From a virus, in the IMG/VR virus record IMGVR_UViG_3300049489_001336, positions 64,001-128,000 of that record: DNA of 64,000 nt. One strand, given 5' to 3'. Under the pieces are notes generated by a model, which was given only the letters and a program-made list of their open reading frames with translations, ran no database searches and had not been told where the DNA came from. Position 1 is the stretch's first letter; every line of letters begins with the position of its first letter. The translations under genes were made by a program, and so were the position numbers. Below, one piece after another: positions 17,899 through 28,992 of this stretch.

Positions 17899-18432
17899 TT
17901 ATACCGCGCTCTTTTCCCATACTTGAAAAGAGTATGCAAAAGCCTCGCCCTGAAGCTGTTCTGATTCTTGAGTCTTTTTAAAGCCAGAAAGAAGCGGGAA
18001 TCGCACATCACAAGGAATCTCAGCGTGTACTTGTGTCAAATAAACTTTGCGACACTCAGGAAGCCAAAGCGCTTCTTGATACACTTGACTTCCACCAATG
18101 ACAAAAACGCGCTCTATATACGCCAGAGCTTTGCAATAAGCCAAGGCCGCGTCCAGGCTCGGTAGCACGAAAGCATACGGCCAAACGCCGTAATCTTCAT
18201 TTCGCGACAAAATGAAATTGACGCGATCTGGCAAAGGTCGAAACTTTTGAGGGATAGACTCCCAAGTCTTCCGACCCATGATCACCGCGTTCTTTTTATT
18301 CGGATCTTCCGTCCAAGACGTAAGTACTTTGAAGTGCTTCATGTCTCCAGGAAGTTGCCAAGGCAACTTGCCGTCTTTACCAATTCCTCTTTGGGAATCC
18401 ATCGCAACCACAAGGTCAAACGGAATAGACAT
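17899..18432 (-). CDS. folA: dihydrofolate reductase
   Basis: GIGKDGKLPW.LPGDMKHFK, VIMGRKTWESIP..FRPLP.R.N, FVIGGSQVY. Confidence 0.97.
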   Translation of the reverse strand: MSIPFDLVVAMDSQRGIGKDGKLPWQLPGDMKHFKVLTSWTEDPNKKNAVIMGRKTWESIPQKFRPLPDRVNFILSRNEDYGVWPYAFVLPSLDAALAYCKALAYIERVFVIGGSQVYQEALWLPECRKVYLTQVHAEIPCDVRFPLLSGFKKTQESEQLQGEAFAYSFQVWEKSAV

Positions 18433-18450
18433 GAAGCACCTCTTTGTAAG

Positions 18451-18960
18451 TCAGTACAGGTCCCCAGGCTTAGGCGGGAAAAAAGATTTCCACTTGGTCT
18501 CTTGATGGTCGATGACCAACGCGTCATGTTCATCCAAACGGTAAACGCCCACACCGGCTGCTGCCGCGTGCGCATACAATCGATTCAAATGCTCTTCAGC
18601 ACGGTAAGGTTCGTCGTAAATGATGCACTTTAAGCCTGCGTTACAGATTAGTTTAAAACATTGCCAACAAGGCAGTGCCGTACAATAAAGAATAGCGCCT
18701 TCGACACGGACACCGTTTTTGGCTGCTTGGGCGATAGCATTACATTCCGCATGCACTGCGCGAATACAATGCCCCTCTTCCATCAAATGCCCCTCATCGT
18801 CACAGTGAGGCGTCCCAAGCACCGAGCCGTTGTATCCAGTAGCAATAATATGCCGGTCCTTGGATACGATCACCGCCCCTACGTGTTTACGATTGCACGT
18901 AGCGCGCGACGAGACCTGGTACGCCACATCCATAAAATAACGAAACCAATTTTTACGCAT
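18451..18960 (-). CDS. dCMP deaminase (ComEB-like)
   Basis: Zn motifs HAECNAI and PCWQC, plus VGAVIV and TGYNG; probable ATG at 18960. Confidence 0.93.
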   Translation of the reverse strand: MRKNWFRYFMDVAYQVSSRATCNRKHVGAVIVSKDRHIIATGYNGSVLGTPHCDDEGHLMEEGHCIRAVHAECNAIAQAAKNGVRVEGAILYCTALPCWQCFKLICNAGLKCIIYDEPYRAEEHLNRLYAHAAAAGVGVYRLDEHDALVIDHQETKWKSFFPPKPGDLY

Positions 18961-18975
18961 TTGATTACCCGTAAA

Positions 18976-19016
18976 AGCTAAAAAAGGCCCCACCAGCACC
19001 AATGCCAGTGGGGCCC
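18976..19016 (-). terminator. intrinsic terminator with UUUUUUAGC tail
   Basis: GGCCCCAC/GTGGGGCC inverted repeat adjoining AGCTAAAAAA. Confidence 0.75.
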
Positions 19017-19131
19017 CTATACGACAGCAGCACTCTAACTCTAGGCGAGAGTGCTAGGTCCTGGCAAGTCTCGGTTACGGTAATCAAAGACAGCAAAACA
19101 TTCCACTTCAAAGTGGAATAGCTTGCATTAT

Positions 19132-19797
19132 TTATTCAACGGGAGGCGTCGCGCCTTCGGGCTCAGCGAGACCCAAAACCTGCTCTTCCTTAAGAAGGAG
19201 TCCTGTGGTTTTAGATGAACCCTTCCACTCCCCATGCCCCAGCTCAGCAACGGCCACCACGTAGTGCAGCGTGTTTGCCCGCACTTCTGCAACAACGCCT
19301 ACCCCTTTCTTAAAGCGACTTTTAGAGCCTTCCGGAACTTGATAATCAAGCATCACACGATCGCCCTGCGCATACTTGGGCTGAAGCCCATACGTCTTCA
19401 CCCAAGCCTGCTCCGCGAGCTCAACCCCGTAATGCCGGTGATGCTCTGCCGAGTCCAAATCACTGACGATAGATGCGTCGATTTCCCAACCCTTACGGTC
19501 TAGCGCCTTCGCCAACGCGTATCCGTCCCAACTGTATTCCTCATCAAGGATATCGATCAAATCGAAGTATTCGCCGTAATCATCCGATTCTTTGGCGTCT
19601 TCATGCGCTTCTTCGATTTGTTCGTCTGAAAGCCCTTGATTCTTTAATTCATGTATCGTGGGAGGTATTTTAAACCCCATAGTTTTACACAACTTACGCG
19701 CGACACCTTGCAACACTTCAGGGTCGTGCGCATCCGGGCGTGGCGGCGTTTTTCCAGGTGCCGTGGCAACATCAGGGATTACAAGTTGTTCTGGCAT
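19132..19797 (-). CDS. hypothetical protein
   Basis: 221-aa acidic ORF with a possible C-terminal SH3-like beta barrel. Confidence 0.6.
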   Translation of the reverse strand: MPEQLVIPDVATAPGKTPPRPDAHDPEVLQGVARKLCKTMGFKIPPTIHELKNQGLSDEQIEEAHEDAKESDDYGEYFDLIDILDEEYSWDGYALAKALDRKGWEIDASIVSDLDSAEHHRHYGVELAEQAWVKTYGLQPKYAQGDRVMLDYQVPEGSKSRFKKGVGVVAEVRANTLHYVVAVAELGHGEWKGSSKTTGLLLKEEQVLGLAEPEGATPPVE

Positions 19798-20354
19798 GGT
19801 AAACCTCGGACTTCACGGTGTATACGTGTAAATAAAATACCCTGTTCGATTGCGTCATCGAGCGCAACGTGCGTGTGTGGAGCACTTCCAAAATATCGTT
19901 TTGGGTAATTACGTTTCACTGACTGTGTGAATTTAGGTATTTTTAAGTGAGCCATTGCATACGTTTTGATATCTAACGAAGACCACCCAAAGGGATTCTC
20001 TTTTGCGTATGCCCACAGATACCAGAATACAAATAAAGAATCGAATGCTGCAGGGTAACCCACGAAAACAGGGCGATGCGGCAACGCTTTAAGCCACGTT
20101 ACGTAACGTACCATCGCATTTGTAGGATCTTCGGGATTAACCCGCGTGGCATTGTACGCAGCTTTATTTTTAAACCAGAATTCAGCCGTATCAGGGTCTA
20201 TTTGGGAATTGGGCAGCAATTCCAAATTTACTTGAAACGTAGAAATCGGAATTTCCGAATTCCCATCAAAAGCAGCAGACCCGAGAGACAACATAGAGTT
20301 GACCCCTGGGCACGGGCCATTGGTCTCTACGTCGGTGCTTACGTACGTTTCCAT
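19779..20354 (-). CDS. DEDDh 3'-5' exonuclease
   Basis: Exo I DVE, Exo II AAFD, Exo III H.ALDDA. Confidence 0.88.
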   Translation of the reverse strand: METYVSTDVETNGPCPGVNSMLSLGSAAFDGNSEIPISTFQVNLELLPNSQIDPDTAEFWFKNKAAYNATRVNPEDPTNAMVRYVTWLKALPHRPVFVGYPAAFDSLFVFWYLWAYAKENPFGWSSLDIKTYAMAHLKIPKFTQSVKRNYPKRYFGSAPHTHVALDDAIEQGILFTRIHREVRGLPCQNNL

Positions 20355-20385
20355 CGAAGCAACTCCTAGACAAATCTTTGTCTAT

Positions 20386-21038
20386 TCAAAAATAAGGAAG
20401 TACACGTTTGGCCAACGCTTTCGTCACTCTAGGATCAAGCGTTTCTCCGTAGCGTAAAGCGTCGTGCATCGTGACCAACAATTGAATGTCATTTCGCGCA
20501 CTGTGGATCGCTTTTTTCAGCAATGTATCCAGCGTTGCGCGCAGCTCTTCTTCAAGAGGTGTTTCTTTAATTAAATTACGTACTGCGTTCAACGCATCAA
20601 GCGTTGTATCTTTGGGGTACGTATTACTCATCGCGGAGTTGTTTTTGAGCGTAAGTGTATACGCATACTTCGTGGTGTTTCGACGTTACTAAACTTTTCC
20701 CACTGTTCGCACTTATCACAGTACCCCCACCACTGCGTTTTTCTTGCGGCATTGCGCGCGTCCCACCAAACGCCTTGCATATAAAGGCTGTAACTATCTC
20801 CGAATAAGCGTAGGTACGTATCAGGAAAACAAGTTGTTACATATATTTTGTAATGGAAGTTTCGTAAAATATCGACCAGCGCTTTGGTAAAATGCGCTTG
20901 ACCGTATTTACGGTTCTCCCATTGTAGAAGAGGTTCCATATCGAGGGTAATTACCCGATCGTCTTTTTTGCTTAAACGTACAAAACTAATGGGATCTTCG
21001 ATGATCCCGCTAAATCGAGGAATTGCTTCGCTAGACAT
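20386..21038 (-). other. two hypothetical ORFs (20628..21038 and 20386..20631) directly downstream of Ro60
   Basis: Coupled ORFs, no motif recognised. Confidence 0.5.
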
Positions 21039-21069
21039 AAAGAAAAACCCCGTACAAGACGGGGTTCCT

Positions 21070-22812
21070 TTAGGCTTCTACGTTTTCAACCACTTCCGTG
21101 GGCGTTTCCGTGACCGCATTCTCAGGCATGACCAAGGGCAAAGCCTTGATCGTCTCCACCCAAGCCTTGGCGTCTTGTCCCTTCACGAAGTTTTCGATAA
21201 CGCCCCATACTGAATCATTGAAACCTCCAATGTTCAAGATGTCAGGGTCATCTGCAGCTTGCGTTGTCGTGTTCGGGGTTACGTCCAAACACACCAACTT
21301 GCAGTTGGCATTACGTGTTTGAATTTTGCGGAACAACTGCTCCATCTCTGTCGGACCTGTTTTGTTGGTCGTCAAGTAGTTGTAACGATTGTGCGCCAGA
21401 GTTGCCCACGATTCGTTGTCCGAAAAGAAAATGATCGTTTCAGCGTCTTCCTTTTTGTCAAGAATATGCTGAAGCCCAAGCTGCAAGCTTGTGCCACCGC
21501 CGCCACACGCTGCCAATTTCTTGGCGTTGGTCATCACCGAATCGAGTGGGTTGAGTTGCAAGCGTGTGTGCAGCGACGTATCGACAGGAATGACGCGGGC
21601 CCCAGGGGTGGTCCGCAGCACGCATGCCGCAAACAACGCGGCCACGTCGATACAACGCATTTTTGTGGTCGCAGACCCCCGTCCCCCTGTCACAGGCGAG
21701 CTCATGGAACCTGACACGTCCGGAAAAACCCAAACGTTGTCGCCGAAAGAAGGCGTATTTTTGGTAGCAATCTCAAGCGCGGCTTGTAGCGCCATTTTGA
21801 TGTCTACCGGGATTTCCGAATTATCTTCGGTCGCCAAATAGGCCATCAAGAGCTGATACGGAAAAACCCGCGCGCGCTGAATTTCTTCAGCGTTCGCAAG
21901 CTTCTCTGCAATCTTCTTTACGACAGCTTTGTCTTTCAGCACGCCATGGCGCTGAAACGTATTGAGGTTCATGCGCGTGAATTGCCATCCGCCATTGAGC
22001 GCGATCGTCGTCCAATCCGCCGTGGACAGAGGCAACGCCGTCAACATCTGGAAAGGAACCTGCGGTACTGTGAGGTTCTCCCCTGCCTTGTACTTTTCGT
22101 AGTCTTGGATGAGCTGCGGGAGTTCATCTTTCTTATAGAACTTCCGTCGCTCTTTCTGCTTCTCGTCGGCCTTGGCTTCCTCAGGGTAGCCTAACAGGTA
22201 TTTGAACGCGGAATCCCGTTGTTTGTCTTCGCCCGCTTTCACGTGGGCAAGACGGATGATGTCCGCCAGAGACGGCGACTCACCGACCGACGCACGGAAC
22301 AGCGCTGCGCCATTTCGCTTGTCGAACCACTGGTGAATAAGCCGTCGCGGCACGGTCCCCAGTGATTTACGCCCCGTCGTGCCCGAGCGAACAATCTGCA
22401 CGAAATTCCGCAGCATCTTATCATTGTCAATGGCGAGCGGAAATGCGCACTCCAACCATTTCTTGGCTTCATCGCGCGCTTCACCTTCCAACGTCTTACA
22501 ACGCGCCGCAAGCAGCGCGCAGAGAAGCGCAGGCATGTCTTTCATATGTCCCGACTTACGGGCATAAACAGCGCACTTCGCGATGTACTCACTAGTACAT
22601 TGCTCCGCGAACTCTTTGACCTTTTGTAGCTGGTCTTCAGGTGAAACGTAATAGGTCTGAGACAAGCACCCTGTTGCTGCAAGTTGCGCAAGGGCGTGTT
22701 CAGGGGTGAAAGCATAAGCTTTACCCCCTGCATTATTAATGGTATTGACAGTGCGCGCAGGCTTAGGTTGTTTTCCAGCCGTAGCAGAAGAAAAAAGCTG
22801 TTTATTAGCCAT
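21070..22812 (-). CDS. rsr: Ro60/TROVE-domain RNA-binding protein with C-terminal vWA domain
   Basis: TROVE hallmarks (N.AGG.AY, YAR..G.MKD.PA, SLAD.IR.AH.K, WQ..RMNLNTF.RHGV, A...PYQL) and MIDAS-type DVSGSM...GGGT....L...I.FSDNESW; ATG at 22812 preferred over the TTG at 22836. Confidence 0.93.
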   Translation of the reverse strand: MANKQLFSSATAGKQPKPARTVNTINNAGGKAYAFTPEHALAQLAATGCLSQTYYVSPEDQLQKVKEFAEQCTSEYIAKCAVYARKSGHMKDMPALLCALLAARCKTLEGEARDEAKKWLECAFPLAIDNDKMLRNFVQIVRSGTTGRKSLGTVPRRLIHQWFDKRNGAALFRASVGESPSLADIIRLAHVKAGEDKQRDSAFKYLLGYPEEAKADEKQKERRKFYKKDELPQLIQDYEKYKAGENLTVPQVPFQMLTALPLSTADWTTIALNGGWQFTRMNLNTFQRHGVLKDKAVVKKIAEKLANAEEIQRARVFPYQLLMAYLATEDNSEIPVDIKMALQAALEIATKNTPSFGDNVWVFPDVSGSMSSPVTGGRGSATTKMRCIDVAALFAACVLRTTPGARVIPVDTSLHTRLQLNPLDSVMTNAKKLAACGGGGTSLQLGLQHILDKKEDAETIIFFSDNESWATLAHNRYNYLTTNKTGPTEMEQLFRKIQTRNANCKLVCLDVTPNTTTQAADDPDILNIGGFNDSVWGVIENFVKGQDAKAWVETIKALPLVMPENAVTETPTEVVENVEA

Positions 22813-22913
22813 GGTGACACACTTTCTAACAGGCAAGATCCTGCTAAATAAAAAATCCGTGAATAACGAATAGCGTCTACTACCACGAGGCAGTAGACGT
22901 GTCGCTTCTTTTA

Positions 22914-24587
22914 TTAAATTTTGTTGGGCCTAATTTCAGTAATGTCTGCAACAGCCGCCTCAATGTCCCTATCCTTTTGTTCACGCCAAAGATGTTGCGC
23001 TAGATTCAACAATGCGACAGCATCGTCAAATGGCAAACGCCCGTCGTTGATTTCCTCCCGACACCGTACAAGAAAGGCGTCAATGTGTTGACGTTTCATG
23101 CCCTCTCGCTTCGAGAGGACACTATTCCTCTCTACTTTCTTGTACCGTTTTTAGCGCGCATTTATGGGGATATAACCACGTATCCAACCGTATTACCGTT
23201 AAGGTCCAGAATCTTCTTTTGGTGCGGTCGAGGCTGCTCCAATAAGTTCTCCATGTCGTTTGCAAGACGCTTAAAAATGCGCGCTACCTCTGGAGAAGGG
23301 TCGCTATCAAACGCATCGTTTTCTGTAGTGATTGTAACCGTGATTTTCATTTCATCACCAAAAACCAGAGGATGGTACCCACGACACCTCCAAACAGCGC
23401 GCCGTACAAAAATGAATTCATATGTAAACTCTTCTGAGGTACATCAATAAGAATCACGCGCGGATTGGTCGGCGTGTCGTCACTTTCTAAGGCATTACGA
23501 AAATCGTGGAACGATTTATCAAATCCCGCGACCGTGCTTTCGATAGACGCGCGGATTTTTTCAGTATTAAGCCATGTTTCAAGTGGCACATTGGCTGGCC
23601 GTTTGGTTACATCGGTGCCTTTGCACTGATGAAACTTCACAAGAACGTGCGGGATAAAAGCGCCGCAACGTTCACATGCTACGCATTCTTCAGGAGTAAA
23701 TCCGGGCATGGGGGTAGCGTACTAAAACCAAGAACAAAATCTATCATAGAGTTCAAGGTGCCGTTTTTTGAAAGCGAGGGGCTTCACGTTTACAACCCTC
23801 ACACGTCACGTGCTCCAAGTCCTCCAGATACGCCCAGCGATGTTCAGGCGGCCACACCCACGGTGCACCCGCGCCACACAGGGCAACTCCGTTGAACAAA
23901 ACATGGACAACTAAATCAGTGTGTAACACCGCTTTTCTCAATTGCTCTAATTCCTGGTGCAACCTCTCGATTGCGTCACAAGCGTCCCATACGTCCTTCG
24001 CTACCACTTCTCGTATTTGGGCTTGCCAGCGTAAATACGGAGAACATTGTTTACGTAAACGGCGTACACACGCTAGGTCATGTGTACGCTGTTCATCTGC
24101 GTTAGACATCTTTCACCAAAGAATCTACTGTGATCTCCGTACGAGACTGCAAATAGGCCCTCATGGTGTACCCTGTTTGTTGATCCTGAATGCGAATCAC
24201 ATCCGGAGTGTACCCCGTCATCCTACGCATCTCGGTAGCGTACTCCACCGCCGCAGCGCTAGCGTCCACCGCGTGGATCTCATGTTTAAACTTACCCTGG
24301 ATACTACAAGTAAAGACGCGCATAACTCCTCCAAGCCTTTACTTGGTATGATAGGCTTAACCCTTCAGTGAAATTTCAATAAGTGTCGTTAGGTAGTATG
24401 CAATAACAAGGTAAATAACCAGGCGCGAAAAAGAGTTATGCAAAATGCGTTTATGCAAGTAAGTGGCGTGAAAAATACGCAGTAATCCGTAAAGGCTTGC
24501 TAACAATGCGCCACTTGCGTTGTTCTGCATAAAGCACAACGCGGCGATCAACACCGACCACCATGCAGCCACGACGTCGTGTGTCAT
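22914..24587 (-). other. run of six small hypothetical ORFs (22914..23099, 23162..23350, 23347..23709, 23753..24109, 24102..24323, 24357..24587)
   Basis: Co-directional, tightly packed; two have hydrophobic segments. Confidence 0.55.
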
Positions 24588-24588
24588 T

Positions 24589-25074
24589 TTAATTATTAAT
24601 TTCTTGAAACATCCAACCCTGGGCGGCCTTAATCGCTTCTTCGGTGCCCATGAGTTGGCGCTTCTTATCGTCCACGACGAGAATCAACAAAGCACGCTGT
24701 GCCATCCGGCTAAGTACGCCCTGCCCACGTTGAAAATCCCCGCGCGCAACCATGACCGGAATTCCGGTGGCTTCTGTGAATTCCTGTCCTGCAGGATGAA
24801 ACATCACCCCGCATTTATCAGGGCGGTCTTCTTCCCAAAAAACTTTGCGGGAATCTTTATGTTCCCAGGTGGCTTCATCGATCCACAAACAAACAAATTC
24901 CTGACAGCTAGCAGGCCGGTCAGCGTAGATTCCACATGAAGTCCCTGTACAGTGCGTACAAGTCACGTTCATGGGCTTATCTAATTCTGTGACCCCCATC
25001 AACGTACAGCACGCGGTGCACTCCCCGCACGCACGCTTCAAAGAGGTAAGTCTTCTTTTATCTTTCTTAGCCAT
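24589..25074 (-). CDS. YkgJ-like Cys-cluster (CxxCxxCC) protein
   Basis: CGECTACC...C.HC....C.IY..RP..C..F.C.W. Confidence 0.8.
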   Translation of the reverse strand: MAKKDKRRLTSLKRACGECTACCTLMGVTELDKPMNVTCTHCTGTSCGIYADRPASCQEFVCLWIDEATWEHKDSRKVFWEEDRPDKCGVMFHPAGQEFTEATGIPVMVARGDFQRGQGVLSRMAQRALLILVVDDKKRQLMGTEEAIKAAQGWMFQEINN

Positions 25075-25979
25075 ATACGAACTCGACTTGGCATACAGTC
25101 TTCAGAAGCAGAATGCTCTGCAAACTTGTGCAATCGCTTCAACTGAACAGGTTGTACTTTAAATTGTGACTTCATCAATTGGGCGTAAGACATATCCTTG
25201 TTCGCAGCCGCCACGATAAGTGGCAACGCTTGCACTGCGTGATTCAAGGACACATCCGAATAGCGCATTTCACGCATCCAAGCTTCATAGCCTTCACACA
25301 AAGGATACGGAGCAGGAGCCACATCAACTCGCGTCCCTTTCACTTTCATATAAATGTACGGCACACTCATTTATCAAGACCCTTCAACCAAGGTAGGAGA
25401 AGATAGAACCAAAAAACGACCCCAAGCGCCATACCAAGTAAGCTTGCTACGATAAGCAGAGCATCCACAGAGACCCGCGGCGGTTCCTCTGCGCGAATTT
25501 CAACCGGAAGTCTTTTCTGAGGACGCCGAATCCGTCTTCGTTTGATAAATTTCATCCTGCGTTTCCTCGGCGGATTCTTCTGCATAGAATAGTTTGTACA
25601 GTGCCTCTTTTAAGTCCGTGCGCAACACAAGAAGGTGCTGCGCCATGTACGTATTTCTTTGCGCATAGCGATCCGCCCACGCGTTGAGCACCGAAAACAT
25701 CCGATGGAGCGGTAGCACCGGTTGGCGATAATAATGGCTAAGCGCCCTAAGAAGCTCTTCAGCTTCTTCGTCGTTTTCGATTTCAATCCTGAGTGGCATC
25801 CGTGGCCTCGTCTTTGACTTCTTTGATATCCACAACGGTAATCCAATCGCGCTTACCTGCTACGCGTTCAAAAAACAAAGAACGCGCTGCCTCAGGGTCG
25901 TCCGGTTTGGCTACCACGAGTTGCGTGTGAGGGCCGTTGTCTAAAACCATGTATTCAACAACGTACGCAGAGGTAGCCA

Positions 25980-26300
25980 TCAGCTCTCCAAATCAATATG
26001 CGCCATACACTTGCAGCACATGTTGTGTTTGTCAGAGCACGCAAAACAAATTTTTGGAGCTGCCCCATTGGGATGCTGCACTTCAACATCGCAGATACGG
26101 CACGTATACTTGACAAAGCCATGTGTTACGAGTCCGCCGCGACGAAGATAAAAACAAACCGTGCATAAACGCGATGCGTGTCGCTGTGTTTTATCTTTGT
26201 CTGCTTTTAGCTCTGTAAGTTGTTTTTCTCTTTCTTCGATGGCCTTTTTTGCATAATACGTATTTATGCGTGCTGTCTCCTCAAGGTCGTCCAGAGCCAC
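25980..26300 (-). CDS. Cys-rich putative zinc-binding protein
   Basis: CTVC, CRIC, CFAC, CCKC pairs. Confidence 0.6.
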   Translation of the reverse strand: MALDDLEETARINTYYAKKAIEEREKQLTELKADKDKTQRHASRLCTVCFYLRRGGLVTHGFVKYTCRICDVEVQHPNGAAPKICFACSDKHNMCCKCMAHIDLES

Positions 26301-26328
26301 TAGCCCCTCCTTTATTCTTTTACCGTAA

Positions 26329-26739
26329 TTAGATGTCTTCCAACAGCTTTTTACGAACGTCTTCTTTCACCACTAATTGTTCTATCTTTGCAGCGGCGCG
26401 TTCCCAATCGCCTTTCCACATGAAGCGGCAAGACGTGAACATGGGATACCCGTTTACGCCTCGGGGACCCGCTTGATCCCAATACTCCCAAACAGTGCCT
26501 ATTTCAAGAGCTACTTCCTTTGGGACGCCTGAGAGAGCTCCCATAGCCAACGGAAGGAAGACCATAGGAACCACACTCGGTTGTTTAATTTGTTGAATGA
26601 TGAATATTTTTCCATCGATATAATCCAAAACAAATTGCTTTAGCGCGTCGTTTGACATTCGCGGAAGTTCAAACGCGGGCTTGGGCACGTCAGGCCCTTC
26701 ATTCTTTGTCTCGGGAAATGTTTCTTTTTCGTCTATCAC
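26329..26739 (-). CDS. hypothetical protein
   Basis: 136-aa ORF. Confidence 0.55.
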   Translation of the reverse strand: MIDEKETFPETKNEGPDVPKPAFELPRMSNDALKQFVLDYIDGKIFIIQQIKQPSVVPMVFLPLAMGALSGVPKEVALEIGTVWEYWDQAGPRGVNGYPMFTSCRFMWKGDWERAAAKIEQLVVKEDVRKKLLEDI

Positions 26740-27050
26740 GACGCACCAACCTTTGGTCCATCCAAAGCCACCCTAAAAGGAACGCTACGACCATTCCTGG
26801 GACAAGCAGCAAATAGAGTAAGTAAAGCATCAGTCGATGTCGTCGTACCCATCGAACTTAAATTTCTCTTTCTCTAACATGGCATTGGCAAAGGACTCGC
26901 ACAGACGTGCAAATCCTTGGGGATCCATGAGATGCATGTTATCCGGGTGAAGGGAATTTTGATAAGCGATGGCATAACGACGCCACGCTTCACGTTCTTC
27001 TTTGGTGTACCGCACCGTAGAAGGTGGTTGTGGAACAGGACTACGCCGTG

Positions 27051-27620
27051 TCATAGAGAACCCCACCATTGGTCAGGAAAATGGGTATGCACTAATTGCA
27101 GCAATGGGTTATACGTCTTATGCCTATTTAAAGCGTGCTGAAGAGGCTCAGCACGCAGGTCAATAGCCTCCAGCAACCCTACGTGGTCGTAGCGAAGCAT
27201 TAATTTACAGATGATGGCAACGCTTTCGAGGTCATCTCTACGTTCACACAATTCACTCGAAAGCACTGCAACGTATAAGTCCTTTGACTCCAACGTTTGC
27301 AGCGTTGCAAGGCCGTCGAGTACTTCATCGATCTCGCTAGAAAAAGCGTCCACGATGTGCTGCTTCCACGTTTCAGGAAGTGTCTTGGCCCAGCGACTAA
27401 CTTTTTCTAGGGCTGCGTCTTCTTTCAGCAGGAAGGGCAACCACCGATACAAAAGGCCCATGCCTGTTATGGCCATGTACATTTCAGGGTTACTGAAGCG
27501 ACTCTCAATAACGGCCTGAAACCAGGCAGGCAACACAGCATTACCTACGATTTGCCGCAACGGGGGCATTAAGAACGCCGTCTTTTTTGTGTTACCTCCT
27601 GGAAACGGTATGACACTCAT
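27051..27620 (-). CDS. hypothetical protein
   Basis: 189-aa helical ORF with SD GGGAGGG. Confidence 0.6.
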   Translation of the reverse strand: MSVIPFPGGNTKKTAFLMPPLRQIVGNAVLPAWFQAVIESRFSNPEMYMAITGMGLLYRWLPFLLKEDAALEKVSRWAKTLPETWKQHIVDAFSSEIDEVLDGLATLQTLESKDLYVAVLSSELCERRDDLESVAIICKLMLRYDHVGLLEAIDLRAEPLQHALNRHKTYNPLLQLVHTHFPDQWWGSL

Positions 27621-27689
27621 AAAAATCCCTCCCTTGAACTTTTACCGTGGTAATCGCTATTTTTTGTTTGTTAGTATCGGTATGTAGAA

Positions 27690-28610
27690 ATGAACATGAT
27701 AAATCTACTTTTACTCGATGACGATAAAGCGTCGTTTACGCTCGTAAAACACATGTTGTCGCAGTCGCACCTACGATATGAGTTGAACTGGGTGCGCACA
27801 ATACCAGAGGCAATGAACTACCTATCCAACGGTAAGGTGTCATTAATTGTTATCGATCAAGGTAATTCAGGTTTTGAATTATTGAGTAATCCTGTTTTTA
27901 AAGGGTTCAAAGTACCTGTGATTTTTATGACGGGTCAAGGCGACGAATACCAGGCCGTGCAAGCCATTAAGACGGGCGCCTATGATTATCTAATCAAGGG
28001 ACGTTTTGACGGCTCTCGGCTTACATACGCCATTGAAGAAGCCTTACGAGAACACGAATACAAACTTAAGATCGAAGCGCATCAAATCGAATTAATTAAA
28101 CTTGCTACGACCGACGACCTTACAGGACTTTTGAACCGAAGACACTTCACCACGCGCCTTAAAGACGAAGTAGCACGTTACACGCGGTATCGCACGCCTT
28201 TCTCTGTGGCCATTTTAGATGTAGACCACTTCAAGAGTATCAACGATACCTATGGGCATGCGGCAGGTGATACTGTATTGCGTGAGTTGGGAATTCTTAT
28301 ACGAAACACGCTTCGTTCCACAGATACAGCGTGTCGATATGGTGGTGAGGAGTTCTTAATTGCATTTCCGAGCACTACATTGGCGGGCACCGAGGCACTA
28401 AGTGAACGTTTGCGCCTGACAATTGCCAACCATGTTTTCTGGTACGAAAAAATGCACATCCCTGTGACGGTAAGCATTGGCGTGGCGGAGTCTTATCCGG
28501 AGATCAACAACGCAGAAATGCTGCTTAAATTGGCGGATAAAGCGCTTTACGCAGCTAAAAAAGACGGCAGGAACTGTGTCATTTCTTATCACTATGGTGC
28601 GGGGCTTTGA
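27690..28610 (+). CDS. response-regulator diguanylate cyclase (REC-GGDEF)
   Basis: REC acidic pocket LLLDDD, acceptor-position D (VIDQ), YLIK; GGDEF domain DDLTGLLNRR, DVDHFKSINDTYGHAAGD, I-site RSTD, RYGGEEF, ADKALYAAK. Confidence 0.93.
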   Translation: MNMINLLLLDDDKASFTLVKHMLSQSHLRYELNWVRTIPEAMNYLSNGKVSLIVIDQGNSGFELLSNPVFKGFKVPVIFMTGQGDEYQAVQAIKTGAYDYLIKGRFDGSRLTYAIEEALREHEYKLKIEAHQIELIKLATTDDLTGLLNRRHFTTRLKDEVARYTRYRTPFSVAILDVDHFKSINDTYGHAAGDTVLRELGILIRNTLRSTDTACRYGGEEFLIAFPSTTLAGTEALSERLRLTIANHVFWYEKMHIPVTVSIGVAESYPEINNAEMLLKLADKALYAAKKDGRNCVISYHYGAGL

Positions 28611-28627
28611 CCACCTATTATTAGGGC

Positions 28628-28987
28628 ATGGTCAATTATAAGTACCGCGCCACGGTCTCCCGCATCGTAGATGGCGACACGCTATTTCTCCATGTACAGC
28701 TCGGCTTTCGCCTCACGGCCGAAGTTGAATTCCGTATGAACGGACTCAATACGCCTGAGGTTGTAGGAAGCAATAAAACGGCGGGGCTCGCGGCCAAAGC
28801 AGAGCTGACGCGCCTATTAGGGTTAGGCGAAATTTATGTACAATCGACCAAGAGCGATAAGTACGGACGGTGGCTTGCTACGGTGTTTGTTAAGCAGGCC
28901 AACGGGAATGAACTCAACGTCAATGAACATTTGTTAAACAACGGGTTTGCATTGCCCTATGATGGCAAGGGCGCCAAACCGGAGTAA
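28628..28987 (+). CDS. thermonuclease (SNase-like) family protein
   Basis: V.RIVDGDT, R..G..TPE, DKYGRWLA. Confidence 0.88.
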   Translation: MVNYKYRATVSRIVDGDTLFLHVQLGFRLTAEVEFRMNGLNTPEVVGSNKTAGLAAKAELTRLLGLGEIYVQSTKSDKYGRWLATVFVKQANGNELNVNEHLLNNGFALPYDGKGAKPE

Positions 28988-28992
28988 TAACT

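Noticed and set aside
17899-18960. Complete thymidylate-synthesis or modified-base cluster
   Set aside because: DHFR, dCMP deaminase and a MazG-like gene are present, but no thymidylate synthase or base-modifying enzyme is visible in the window; an ordinary nucleotide-metabolism block.
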